A DNA stretch of 64,000 nt from Candidatus Helarchaeota archaeon (GTDB lineage Archaea; Asgardarchaeota; Lokiarchaeia; Helarchaeales; RDOG01): NCBI GenBank assembly GCA_019058315.1, contig JAHPZH010000001.1, forward strand, positions 375,536-439,535. The letters are read 5' to 3'. The first letter of the stretch is position 1. Every line of letters starts with the position of its first letter. Made by a program: the position numbers and the translations under genes. The notes beneath the pieces are model-generated. The model had not been told where the DNA came from and made no database searches. It saw nothing but the letters and a program-made list of their open reading frames with translations. This document shows, in pieces, positions 50,489-59,948 of the stretch.

Positions 50489-51349
50489 ATGGTCACTTTT
50501 CATATTTTGGAGGAAGATTTCGAATTTTACAAAACTAGTGGTCTGAGTTTAACGAGTATTGTAATTATTTCTTGGTTTGTTTATGCTTTATTTAGTGAAA
50601 ATTACATAGGACATCAATTTTTTAATAATTTAGGTTATATTTTTGTCCCAGTTCTTCGTCCTGACTTTATTATATATTTAGCTGTAGTTCCGATAATGAC
50701 AACGTTTTGGAATATTATTTTTCAATCCAGATATCGGATAAAATATGTGGTCAAATCATACCCAATAATGTACATGATGACTCCATTTTTCCTTGATAAT
50801 TTCTATTTTTTATTAAATCACGTTCCTCCTGAGTCATTTATTGAGATACAATTTGTATTTATTTCCAATCCAACAGTATTCACATATCAACTTCTTACAG
50901 TTTTTTATTTACTTATGGGTTTTATCGTTTTATTTTGGGCGAGTGAAATCTGGCATGTTCTACTTGCGATGGCGTTCGCAATTGGTGAATTTAGTAGCTT
51001 ACTAATAGCTCCAATATTAGAATCTCAAATTATGGGGACTGTGATATTGATATATTCAACAAAACCCATTATTGGATTTTTATTGGGAAATCAATTAAAA
51101 AATTGGTATATTTCGTTTGAAAGAAATTCGGGACTCTATCTTACAGTCTATTTCATGTTGGTTTTAATTGTATCGATAATGATGGTTTATTTTAAATATA
51201 AATTAGGCTCAAACTGGTGGCAGAAAAGACCAATAGACGTTTCTTCTTCTAAACTTATAAGATTTATCAAAATTGTTGAAGTCCCGATGCCAGAAGAGAG
51301 AAATTATAAGATATTTCAAAAAGAAAAAGGTAAAACATCTAAAAAATAA
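50489..51349 (+). CDS. Multi-pass membrane protein, hypothetical
   Basis: About 7 hydrophobic segments with a basic tail. Confidence 0.7.
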   Translation: MVTFHILEEDFEFYKTSGLSLTSIVIISWFVYALFSENYIGHQFFNNLGYIFVPVLRPDFIIYLAVVPIMTTFWNIIFQSRYRIKYVVKSYPIMYMMTPFFLDNFYFLLNHVPPESFIEIQFVFISNPTVFTYQLLTVFYLLMGFIVLFWASEIWHVLLAMAFAIGEFSSLLIAPILESQIMGTVILIYSTKPIIGFLLGNQLKNWYISFERNSGLYLTVYFMLVLIVSIMMVYFKYKLGSNWWQKRPIDVSSSKLIRFIKIVEVPMPEERNYKIFQKEKGKTSKK

Positions 51350-51387
51350 GACGAAAAGGTATACTTTGTGTAAATAAATATGTAGGC

Positions 51388-51822
51388 TTGATGAACATGA
51401 CATCAGTAATTAAAAGCATGGTGATTGTTCGATATTACCGGGATGACCGCCCTTGGGATTTAAAACTTGTGAAGAACCCAAAATGGGAAGATGTGGAATC
51501 GGCAATTCGGCAGATGGATAACTACTGTTTTCCGATTGTCTTGCTCAGCCTTCTAGAATTCGATAATGGCGAGGATGTATTTGGGGATGATGACGCCTTC
51601 AATATAATTGGAGCTGCCGACAAATGTGCGTTGTTTCACATGATACATGATTGGAGATACGAAGATCCAGATGGTGATACTTCAGAGGTACGCCTTTGGG
51701 AGAGTGATCAAGGGTACTACTGTCAAGAGCGACATGTCCTCCGGGATATCGAGAAAGCACTCCGAATAATCAAGGCGTTTTACGATACTGGTTCCTACGA
51801 AGATCTTGACTCCATTAAATAA
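51388..51822 (+). CDS. Imm1-like orphan immunity protein (tentative)
   Basis: PKWEDVESAIRQMD...IEKALRIIKAFYDTG resembles the Imm1 termini; GC well above flanks. Confidence 0.5.
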   Translation: MMNMTSVIKSMVIVRYYRDDRPWDLKLVKNPKWEDVESAIRQMDNYCFPIVLLSLLEFDNGEDVFGDDDAFNIIGAADKCALFHMIHDWRYEDPDGDTSEVRLWESDQGYYCQERHVLRDIEKALRIIKAFYDTGSYEDLDSIK

Positions 51823-51878
51823 GAAAGTTGAGTGTTGCCTCAAAAAGATAAAAGCAAAACTCCCAAAAAATAAGTTAA

Positions 51879-52607
51879 TTAACCAGCATTATTAATTCCA
51901 AGTCGTTTTACAAAATTATCTAATTTACCTCCTTTTTCAAAAAGTGCTGGTCTAATTTTTTTCAATACTTTAATAAGTGGTATTAAATGATTCACAGTTG
52001 CAGCTTCAGCTACACCTGCTCTATTCAACACATAAGAAACTGGTTCTCGACATTCTTGTCGAACTGTCAAAGCAAATTGATTTAATGCTTCTTCGCTTAT
52101 TTCTTTACCTATTAAAACTTTTATTGACTCTTTTGTAGATCCGCAAGGACTTTGTGTAATAAGGTTTATTTCTTCTATAAAATCACTATTTTCTCGCATT
52201 TTCACTTCATATACGGGCATCCCAAACTTCTTGGCAAATTTGTTAAAAATTTCATTTTCCTGATCAGCTGATAGGTGACACATTGAGGACGGCATTATAA
52301 CATCCGCATTTAACTCTCGTCTTATTTGTTTTAAAAATCCCTCTCCATTATATATCGCTTGAATAACAGGTTTTTCATAAGAACAAATTTCATATGAAAT
52401 ATCTGGATGTCTATGATAAGTTATTAATAGATCTGCTAAATTTATTTTTTCAATAGTTTCAGGGTCCAGCTCTACTTCATCAATTATTTCATTTACATCG
52501 TATTCTGGGAGTATTATTAACTCTGTATTTGGGAATTTATCTTTAATGTTTACTACTGCCCTATCACCATATTTTCCATCGCTAATTATCAAAATTTTCA
52601 TTTTCAA
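51879..52607 (-). CDS. DUF166 family protein
   Basis: GKYGDRA, HPDISYE, CHL, FGMP, SPCGST, C. Confidence 0.75.
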   Translation of the reverse strand: MKMKILIISDGKYGDRAVVNIKDKFPNTELIILPEYDVNEIIDEVELDPETIEKINLADLLITYHRHPDISYEICSYEKPVIQAIYNGEGFLKQIRRELNADVIMPSSMCHLSADQENEIFNKFAKKFGMPVYEVKMRENSDFIEEINLITQSPCGSTKESIKVLIGKEISEEALNQFALTVRQECREPVSYVLNRAGVAEAATVNHLIPLIKVLKKIRPALFEKGGKLDNFVKRLGINNAG

Positions 52608-52875
52608 ACAGCTTTTTTGAAATTATTTGATTATAAATTCAAAAACTAAGCACATTAATCGATAATTTTTCAAAGTAACGATATATATTTCTGATTTAAT
52701 ATTAACCCATGCAAATTAAGCATGTTTAGTTTCAAAGATAAGAATTGGAAACCGAAATTACGGTTAATGAGTAATTTACAATTCCGATAACATTTTAATC
52801 TGAATTTGCATTGCATAATATAGCATTTTTTTTCTAATATTTAATATCTTAATTTTAAATTTTGGAAGTCAGAGT

Positions 52876-53244
52876 ATGTCCGAAGAAGAAGCTGTAAAAA
52901 AATTTGCTGAAGAGTATATTAAGGCTCGAGAGAAAGGAGACAATAAATGGCATTTAGAAAATGCAGATACCAAAGCAATGTGGGAGCATAATGTAAAAGC
53001 ACATAAAGAGATGGGGTGGGAATATAACGAAACGCTTGAAGAATTTCAAAAAAATTTTAAAACAGGCTTAGGTCTATTAAAAGTGGATAAAAATTCACTT
53101 ACAATTAAATCGATTAAGGTTGAAGGGGACACTGCTGAGGTTGAAATTGATCTAAAAGGAGCTAGTTCAATAGGTTCTCCATTACAATTAAGCAAAAAGA
53201 CAGGAAAATGGATGTATGTAATGGGTTGTACATGGTTCTTCTAA
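52876..53244 (+). CDS. Small NTF2-like (DUF4878-like) protein, paralogue A
   Basis: VKKFAEEYIKA..KGD...GDTAEVEI...LSKKTGKW. Confidence 0.6.
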   Translation: MSEEEAVKKFAEEYIKAREKGDNKWHLENADTKAMWEHNVKAHKEMGWEYNETLEEFQKNFKTGLGLLKVDKNSLTIKSIKVEGDTAEVEIDLKGASSIGSPLQLSKKTGKWMYVMGCTWFF

Positions 53245-53325
53245 ATCATAAAAATTCCATAATATTATAAAATGGTATCCATTCTTTCTTTTTTTTTATT
53301 AATTGCCCCAAAATAAGAAAAAAAA

Positions 53326-53394
53326 TTATTTTTTGGAGTATTTTACCTTAATCTTATCGGATGTGACTATTTTTTTACTCACGAAGGATAAATT
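53326..53394 (-). pseudogene. Remnant of the 3' end of a YbhB-like paralogue
   Basis: Translates NLSFVSKKIVTSDKIKVKYSKK*, compared with NYISAVNKVTIKYAYINVKYSKV* of the adjacent gene; no start codon. Confidence 0.5.
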
Positions 53395-53427
53395 AAAAAA
53401 AAATTACGTTTTAATGCATAGAACTAC

Positions 53428-53889
53428 TTATACTTTAGAGTACTTTACATTAATATATGCATATTTAATGGTGACTTTATTAACTGCCGATATATAGTTT
53501 TGACGGTTAAGATCTTCTTGTTTTCCAGAAAATACACCAATTCCTTCTAATTTTTCAACATTAAGGGCATTAATATAAAACCTTAATTCTTGTTCGCCTT
53601 GTGATGGACAAGGACCTGTATAGCCTTTCCAACCGAAATCATTCAAAAGCAATTTACCTGGAATCGGACCATTTTGAGGAATTTCTCGAACATCTTTAGG
53701 TATATCACAAATTAGCCAAAGTTTATGTCCAGAACCTGGTCCCCGTTGGCATTCAAGTCGAATAGCAAAACTCTTTGTTTCTTCTGGAACATCTGACCAT
53801 TCAAGTTGAGGTGAAATATTTTCCCCATCACAAGTAAATTTTACTGACAATATATCCCCATCTTTAAAATCTTTACTAGTAAGATTCAT
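53428..53889 (-). CDS. YbhB/YbcL (PEBP/Raf kinase inhibitor-like) protein, degenerate motifs
   Basis: FTCDGENISPQLEWSDVPEETKSFA, NDFG, GYTGPCP; AGGAG RBS. Confidence 0.85.
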   Translation of the reverse strand: MNLTSKDFKDGDILSVKFTCDGENISPQLEWSDVPEETKSFAIRLECQRGPGSGHKLWLICDIPKDVREIPQNGPIPGKLLLNDFGWKGYTGPCPSQGEQELRFYINALNVEKLEGIGVFSGKQEDLNRQNYISAVNKVTIKYAYINVKYSKV

Positions 53890-53913
53890 CTATTTATCAA
53901 CTCCTAAATTATA

Positions 53914-54288
53914 TCAAAAATTCCACGTAGGTATTAAGATTATCTTCCACTTTCCAGTTTTTTTGCTTAAGATCAATGCCGTCGCGATATAATTGGCTCC
54001 CTCTGCATCTATTATTACTGCAGCTTTATCTTTGGACATTTGAATGCTTCTAATTGAGAATTCTTTATCCCATTTCTTAACTGTCCATCTCAAACCACTT
54101 TTTGCCTCTTCTTCATATTCTTTTTGAGATTTTTTCTTTGCTTGACTCCATTCTCCGTAGAATTCCTTATCATATTCATAAGCTTCTTTAAAATCAAAAT
54201 TCTTTTCTACAAATTTTGCATCGCCTTTTTTAAGTGCTTTAATATACTCATCAGCAAATTTTCTAACTTTTTTTGATTCATTTCCCAT
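53914..54288 (-). CDS. Small NTF2-like (DUF4878-like) protein, paralogue B
   Basis: VRKFADEYIKALKKGD...LSKKTGKW...TWNF. Confidence 0.6.
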   Translation of the reverse strand: MGNESKKVRKFADEYIKALKKGDAKFVEKNFDFKEAYEYDKEFYGEWSQAKKKSQKEYEEEAKSGLRWTVKKWDKEFSIRSIQMSKDKAAVIIDAEGANYIATALILSKKTGKWKIILIPTWNF

Positions 54289-54483
54289 TTTTTTTTCTCC
54301 AAGAAGTTTTTTTTCTTATGAAATAAAAACTAAAGTAAATAATATTTGAAATTAAATCTTCTTATATACTTTATTTTAAATTAAGAATAGTACGATATTT
54401 CATATAGAAATAAGAAATAATAGTTAAAATTAATTCAAATCAAGATATGTGAATTTTGAGAAAAATTAATTGAGGTGTTTTTA

Positions 54484-55752
54484 ATGAAAGAACAACAAAG
54501 GGTTTTTATAGCTGGCGGTGCAACAACTCCTTTCGATTATCCTTTGAATATCCAAATTGAAGAAATGGCAGCAAATTGTATTAATGAACTTTATGAAGAT
54601 GTCCCAAGTTTCGACCTAAAGGATATTAGAGATCATGGTATGGTAATATATTCACATTTTTCAGTTCACTTTAGCCATCAATTGACTGCATATTGGATTT
54701 TACATGACCATCTGGGGCTAGTAGGAGTCCCACATCTTCGAATTGACAATGGTGGAAATACTGGTGGATCGGCATTATATACCGCTTATGCCTATGTTCG
54801 ATCTGGACTCGTAGATGTAGTTTTAATAATTGGTTATGAGTTAATGGCAAGTGTATCTCAATCAAAAGGATCTGAATTCATTGCAATAGCCTCTGATACA
54901 CGTTATGAGGCAATGCTTGGCGCAAATTATACAAATTATTATGCAGGACTTGCAATGGCATTTATGAAAAAATACGGCCTTACTGAAGAAGATTTCGCTG
55001 AGATTGCAGTTAAAAATAAAAATAATGCAATAGCAACTGGTGAAAAAGCACAACATTTTCGCCTAGTTGGAAAAAAAATCGACGTTGATCATGTTATGAA
55101 TTCACGGTTAATTTCATATCCTTTGAAAAAAGATGATTGCTGTTTTATGTCCGAAGGTGGTGCTTGTATTCTGGTGTGCAATGAAAAATTTGCTAAACAA
55201 TATTCTCCAGATAAATATGTTGAAATAGCTGGATTAGGTTTATCTTCGTGTACAATTAGAGCTGGGGATAGAATTGCATTCCCTGGTTGGACTCAAAGAT
55301 ACGGTGAAGGGTATCCTGGACTGGCGGAGTTTGCCGCTTGCCGACATGCTGGAGAACAAGCATATAAAATGGCTGGAATCGAATGGAAAGACGCGTATAA
55401 GCAGATAGATGTTGCGGAAATTCATGATGCTTTTTCAACTTCAGAAGCACAAATCTATAAAGCACTCGGATGGTGTGAAACAATAGAACCAAAACAATTT
55501 ATTAGAGATAAATTTCCAATGATGGAAGGTGAAATCCCCACAAATCCTGGCGGTGGTCTAATTGGGTATGGTCACCCTGTCGGAGCAACTGGTTTAATGA
55601 GCACGATTGAGTGTTACTATCAACTCGCAGGTATGATCCCAAAAAAGCATAGAACAACTGAAAATGAAGTAAAAGATGCAGAAGTTGGGCTTGTAAATAG
55701 CCATGCTGGTACGGGAACTAGCATATCAAATTTTATTTTAAAGAAAGTATGA
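54484..55752 (+). CDS. Thiolase-domain protein (SCP2/archaeal type) lacking the N-terminal catalytic Cys
   Basis: RIDNGGNTGG, AVKNKNNA, SEGGA, AEIHDAF, GHPVGATG; GAGGTG RBS. Confidence 0.88.
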   Translation: MKEQQRVFIAGGATTPFDYPLNIQIEEMAANCINELYEDVPSFDLKDIRDHGMVIYSHFSVHFSHQLTAYWILHDHLGLVGVPHLRIDNGGNTGGSALYTAYAYVRSGLVDVVLIIGYELMASVSQSKGSEFIAIASDTRYEAMLGANYTNYYAGLAMAFMKKYGLTEEDFAEIAVKNKNNAIATGEKAQHFRLVGKKIDVDHVMNSRLISYPLKKDDCCFMSEGGACILVCNEKFAKQYSPDKYVEIAGLGLSSCTIRAGDRIAFPGWTQRYGEGYPGLAEFAACRHAGEQAYKMAGIEWKDAYKQIDVAEIHDAFSTSEAQIYKALGWCETIEPKQFIRDKFPMMEGEIPTNPGGGLIGYGHPVGATGLMSTIECYYQLAGMIPKKHRTTENEVKDAEVGLVNSHAGTGTSISNFILKKV

Positions 55753-55765
55753 GGTGAAATGTGAA

Positions 55766-56422
55766 ATGGCAAAAAATAAACATATTACTCCGCTAAATAA
55801 AGAATTCAAATGGGATAATTGGAAGAAAGTAGGAGAGAAGGTTGAGGAAAAAGCTTGGACATGGCAAAATATTAGAAAAGGTAGTGCTGGAGGTACCGAT
55901 TGGGTGGAACAACAAATATATTACGATATGCTTTATACATTCCGGTTAGGGGCACTTAGTCCATATTCAAAGGCTCTATTGGAAGGAAAATTACTGGGAA
56001 CTAAATGTCCAAAATGTGGTGATATCACTTTTCCCCCAAGAGTCAATTGTTGGAATCTTGATTGTAGATTACAAAAAACAGAGTGGGTTGAAATCCCGAA
56101 GAAAGGGAAAATCGATGCTTGGACTGTATGTGGATTTGCAGCCAAGAGTGCATTGAAAAAATTACCATTTGTATTAGCTTATGTTCGTCTAGGTGAAAGT
56201 AAAACTGCTGTTGCCAATATATTGAAGATAGATGAGCCATGGCAGACTGAAATTGGGATGCCAATTGTTGTAAAGATGGCTCCTAAAGATAAAAGAGTAG
56301 GGAATCTAATTGATTTTTGGTTTGAACCTGATAAATCTTGGAAACCTAGTCCAATGACGCCTGAAAAAGAACGAATTAAGAAATTATGCCAACCCGTAAT
56401 TGAATGGGTCAAAACTCTATAA
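55766..56422 (+). CDS. DUF35 Zn-ribbon/OB-fold protein
   Basis: GKLLGTKCPKCG..FPPRVNC....C, IGMPI; directly after the thiolase. Confidence 0.88.
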   Translation: MAKNKHITPLNKEFKWDNWKKVGEKVEEKAWTWQNIRKGSAGGTDWVEQQIYYDMLYTFRLGALSPYSKALLEGKLLGTKCPKCGDITFPPRVNCWNLDCRLQKTEWVEIPKKGKIDAWTVCGFAAKSALKKLPFVLAYVRLGESKTAVANILKIDEPWQTEIGMPIVVKMAPKDKRVGNLIDFWFEPDKSWKPSPMTPEKERIKKLCQPVIEWVKTL

Positions 56423-56546
56423 TTCTTTTTTATTTTTTAATAAATTCTTTAAATTAGAAGGCAAATTATCGAAATAGAAAAAATTAAAGGAAAAAAATCA
56501 GGTTATTGACTAATGAAATTGAATATATCTATGAGTTTGAGCTTAT

Positions 56547-57317
56547 ATGGATAAATTTATAGAAATTGTGTATAAAAATATACGAATTGCTGACGTAATA
56601 TTAGAGGTTTTAGATGCAAGGGATCCTTTAGGGACTAGAAATAAAAAAATTGAAAATTTTATTGTAGAAAATAAAAAAAATCTAATTTTGGTAATTAATA
56701 AAGTGGATTTAGTTCCAAAATCAGTAATTTTAAAATGGAAAAAAATATTTGATAAAGAATTTCCAACTATTTTTACTAGTAAAAAGAAAAAATATGACAT
56801 TTCTATTAAAATATTAAAAAAAGAAATCAAAAAATTATGTAAAAAATCTGAAATTAAAATCTTAATAATTGGTTATCCAAATGTAGGGAAAAGTACATTG
56901 ATCAATGCAATAAAGGGGAGACCAACTGTTGGAACCTCCCCTAATGCTGGGTTCACTAGGGGAAAACAATTTATCAGGTTGACTGAAAATATTCTCCTAA
57001 TTGATACTCCTGGAGTAATTCCATTTGACGACTTGGACGAGACTAATTTAGTTCTGAAAAATGCCTTACGGATTGAGAAAGTAAGAGATCCTTATTTAAT
57101 AATGGAGGAAATCATGAAAAAAATCGATAAACAAATACTTGAAAATACATATGGAATCGTTTTTTCGGATTTGGATGATTTATTAGAGAAATTTGCACGA
57201 AAAAGAGGAAAATTGTTACCTGGAAACGAACCAAATGTTGAGGAAGCAGCAAGGATTATAATTAGGGATTGGCAAAGAGGGAAAATTTCCTATTATTTTT
57301 TACCTAATATCGAATAA
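56547..57317 (+). CDS. Circularly permuted ribosome-biogenesis GTPase (YlqF/RbgA/Nog2 family)
   Basis: DARDP, NKVD (G4) before GYPNVGKS (G1), TRG, DTPG. Confidence 0.92.
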   Translation: MDKFIEIVYKNIRIADVILEVLDARDPLGTRNKKIENFIVENKKNLILVINKVDLVPKSVILKWKKIFDKEFPTIFTSKKKKYDISIKILKKEIKKLCKKSEIKILIIGYPNVGKSTLINAIKGRPTVGTSPNAGFTRGKQFIRLTENILLIDTPGVIPFDDLDETNLVLKNALRIEKVRDPYLIMEEIMKKIDKQILENTYGIVFSDLDDLLEKFARKRGKLLPGNEPNVEEAARIIIRDWQRGKISYYFLPNIE

Positions 57318-57396
57318 ATTGAATTCAAATAACTTAAATGAAATGCCATTTTAATATATAAGAAATTAATGAAATGTTTAATTAAAGGTTGTTTAA

Positions 57397-57819
57397 ATGG
57401 AAAATAAAAAATGGGTGTTAATATGCATAATTGGCGGAATTCTGATGATTCTTGCAGGTACAATAGGAAACATTGGATTTTATAGAACAGTTTTTAACCA
57501 ATTATCTATATGGTATCCCCAAATTGCACCAGTTTTGAAATTAGTTTTGCAGATTTTTAGTTGGATAGCATTGGGTGGTGGTATTTCAGTCATTGTTGGT
57601 GCTATTATATGTGGTAGGGGCAGTTTAACTCTTGGAAAATTTATTATTGGTCTTGGTACAGGAATGGGTTTGATTGGTTTAATTATATTCTTAATTACGG
57701 GAATATATAGTGGTACTTTAGTTTCAGATTTAAATGCGATATATACGGATATACTTAATGGCAGTTATGGATTCATCGGTGTTCTTTTAACTATCCTCGC
57801 CAGAATGAGAATGAAATGA
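57397..57819 (+). CDS. Gly-rich multi-pass membrane protein, hypothetical
   Basis: 3-4 hydrophobic helices. Confidence 0.7.
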   Translation: MENKKWVLICIIGGILMILAGTIGNIGFYRTVFNQLSIWYPQIAPVLKLVLQIFSWIALGGGISVIVGAIICGRGSLTLGKFIIGLGTGMGLIGLIIFLITGIYSGTLVSDLNAIYTDILNGSYGFIGVLLTILARMRMK

Positions 57820-58066
57820 GTTTAATCACTAAGTACTGGAATTTTTCATTACCTTTTTTTCTAAAATTTCTTTATCGCTTCTAAAGACTCAATAACTCCC
57901 CTTTTTAATAATTTCTAAATAACAATTTCAAATTAATCTCATAATATATTATTAGTAACAAATATTGGAAAAATCTAATATTTCATTTAAAATAATTGGT
58001 GTCAATAAATAAAATTAATAAATTCTTTTTACTTTGTTTGCAAAGATAGAAAATAGGGTTTTGAAA

Positions 58067-59779
58067 ATGGCTAATCTCGTAATAAAAAATGGTATTGTTT
58101 ATGATCCTTTAAATAATATAAATGGCGAAAAGAAAGATATTGCTATAAAAAATGGTATAATTGCAGAAAAAGGAAATGGTGGTAAAGTTATTGACGCTTC
58201 TGGAATGATTATTATGCCAGGAGGAGTAGATATTCACTCCCATATCGCTGGCTCTAAAGTAAACTCTGGTCGTTTTCTGAGACCCGAAGATCATCGAAAA
58301 GAGGGTATTAAGAAAACCAAAATTACTCGTTCCGGAACTGGCTACTCGGTCCCTTCGACCTGGGTAACTGGTTACAAATATGCTGTTATGGGGTGGACTA
58401 CAGTGGCTGAACCGGCTACACCTCCGTTAAAAACTAGACATACTCATGAAGAATTTAATGATATACCAATTATTGATAAATGTTGCTTTCCTGTTTTTGG
58501 TAATAATTGGTTTGTTCTTGATTACATAAGTGAAGGTGATATGGATAAATTAGCGGCATATATTGCTTGGCTCTTACGTGCTTGTAAAGGTTATGCTGTA
58601 AAATTAGTTAACCCTGGAGGAGTTGAAAATTGGGGTTGGGGTAAAAATGTAGATTCATTGGATGATATGGTTCTACATTTTGAAGTTACACCACGTCAAA
58701 TAATTAATTCTTTAGGAGAAGCTAATGAGAGGTTAGGACTCCCTCACACAATACATGTTCATGGAAATAACCTTGGCCATCCTGGCGTTTATAAGATTAC
58801 TAAAGAAACTTTCAAAGCAGTACAAGGAATGAAATCTCACAAAAGTAGGAAGACATTTATGCATTTCACACATCTTCATTTCAATGCTTATGGTGGAACT
58901 GGTTGGAAGGACTTTGGTTCTGAGGCTGCAGAATTGGCGGATTATCTTAACCAACATGACAATATATCATTTGACGTAGGGCAAGCAATATACGGTGATA
59001 CGACTACAATGACGGGTGACGGACCTTGGGAATACGCTTTGCAAGGGATCGTCTCTGCCATGGGTTGGGGCACTAAAGGTGGCTTTAAATGGATTAATGG
59101 ACAAGTTGAAGCGGAATGTGGCTCTGGTGTGGTTCCATATATCTTTTCACCAAAGAACCCTGTAAATGCTGTTCAATGGGCAATAGGCCTTGAATTAATG
59201 CTTCATTTTAAAGATCCATGGAGATCATTTCTTACAAGTGATCACCCTAATGGTGGTCCATTTGTCAATTATCCAAATGTAATCTCATGGTTAATGAGCA
59301 AAGAAGCACGAAAAGAACTTCTTGGGAAGTCTCATAAAAACGCTACTCAAAAAACAACTTTAGGAGATCTTGATCGTGAATATACTCTTAATGAAATCTG
59401 TATTATTACACGTGCAGGTACTGCAAAATGCCTTGGGATGACAAATAAAGGACACTTGGGAGTTGGTGCAACTGGAGATATTGCAATTTATAATCTAACT
59501 CCAGAAGAGAAAGATCCGAAAAAAATTGCGAAAGCTTTTTCTCAAGCTGCCTATACAATAAAAGACGGAGTAATTGTCGCAAAAGATGGGGAAATTATTG
59601 TAGCTCCTATGGGCCAAATTATCTGGAATGATGTTAAACTACCCAAAAATATAGAAAACGCATTGATGGAAGATTTAAAAAAGAAATGGAGTGCATATTA
59701 TTCTGTAAATCTAGCTAATTATCCCATTGAAGAACATGAATTAATCAATTCAGCTCCAATAACTATTAATGCGAAATAA
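58067..59779 (+). CDS. fwdA: Formylmethanofuran dehydrogenase subunit A
   Basis: PGGVDIHSHIAG, RPEDH, KLVNPGG, IHVHGNNLG, TSDHPNGGPF. Confidence 0.95.
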   Translation: MANLVIKNGIVYDPLNNINGEKKDIAIKNGIIAEKGNGGKVIDASGMIIMPGGVDIHSHIAGSKVNSGRFLRPEDHRKEGIKKTKITRSGTGYSVPSTWVTGYKYAVMGWTTVAEPATPPLKTRHTHEEFNDIPIIDKCCFPVFGNNWFVLDYISEGDMDKLAAYIAWLLRACKGYAVKLVNPGGVENWGWGKNVDSLDDMVLHFEVTPRQIINSLGEANERLGLPHTIHVHGNNLGHPGVYKITKETFKAVQGMKSHKSRKTFMHFTHLHFNAYGGTGWKDFGSEAAELADYLNQHDNISFDVGQAIYGDTTTMTGDGPWEYALQGIVSAMGWGTKGGFKWINGQVEAECGSGVVPYIFSPKNPVNAVQWAIGLELMLHFKDPWRSFLTSDHPNGGPFVNYPNVISWLMSKEARKELLGKSHKNATQKTTLGDLDREYTLNEICIITRAGTAKCLGMTNKGHLGVGATGDIAIYNLTPEEKDPKKIAKAFSQAAYTIKDGVIVAKDGEIIVAPMGQIIWNDVKLPKNIENALMEDLKKKWSAYYSVNLANYPIEEHELINSAPITINAK

Positions 59780-59948
59780 TTAATCAAACGACTCGATTTC
59801 CAATAGTATGATAATTTTTATTTTCTCTTTTTCCGAAATTATTTTTGAATAGAGAGTGTCCTCGTCTAAAGATATTTATATATCTAAAACAAATAAAGAA
59901 AAGTATCCAATTATCATTTAATTTAAAAATATATTTGAGGACTCAAGT

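Noticed and set aside
53303-53497. Plus-strand 64-aa ORF with an internal LEYFTLI repeat
   Set aside because: Better explained as the antisense of the YbhB end and its remnant copy
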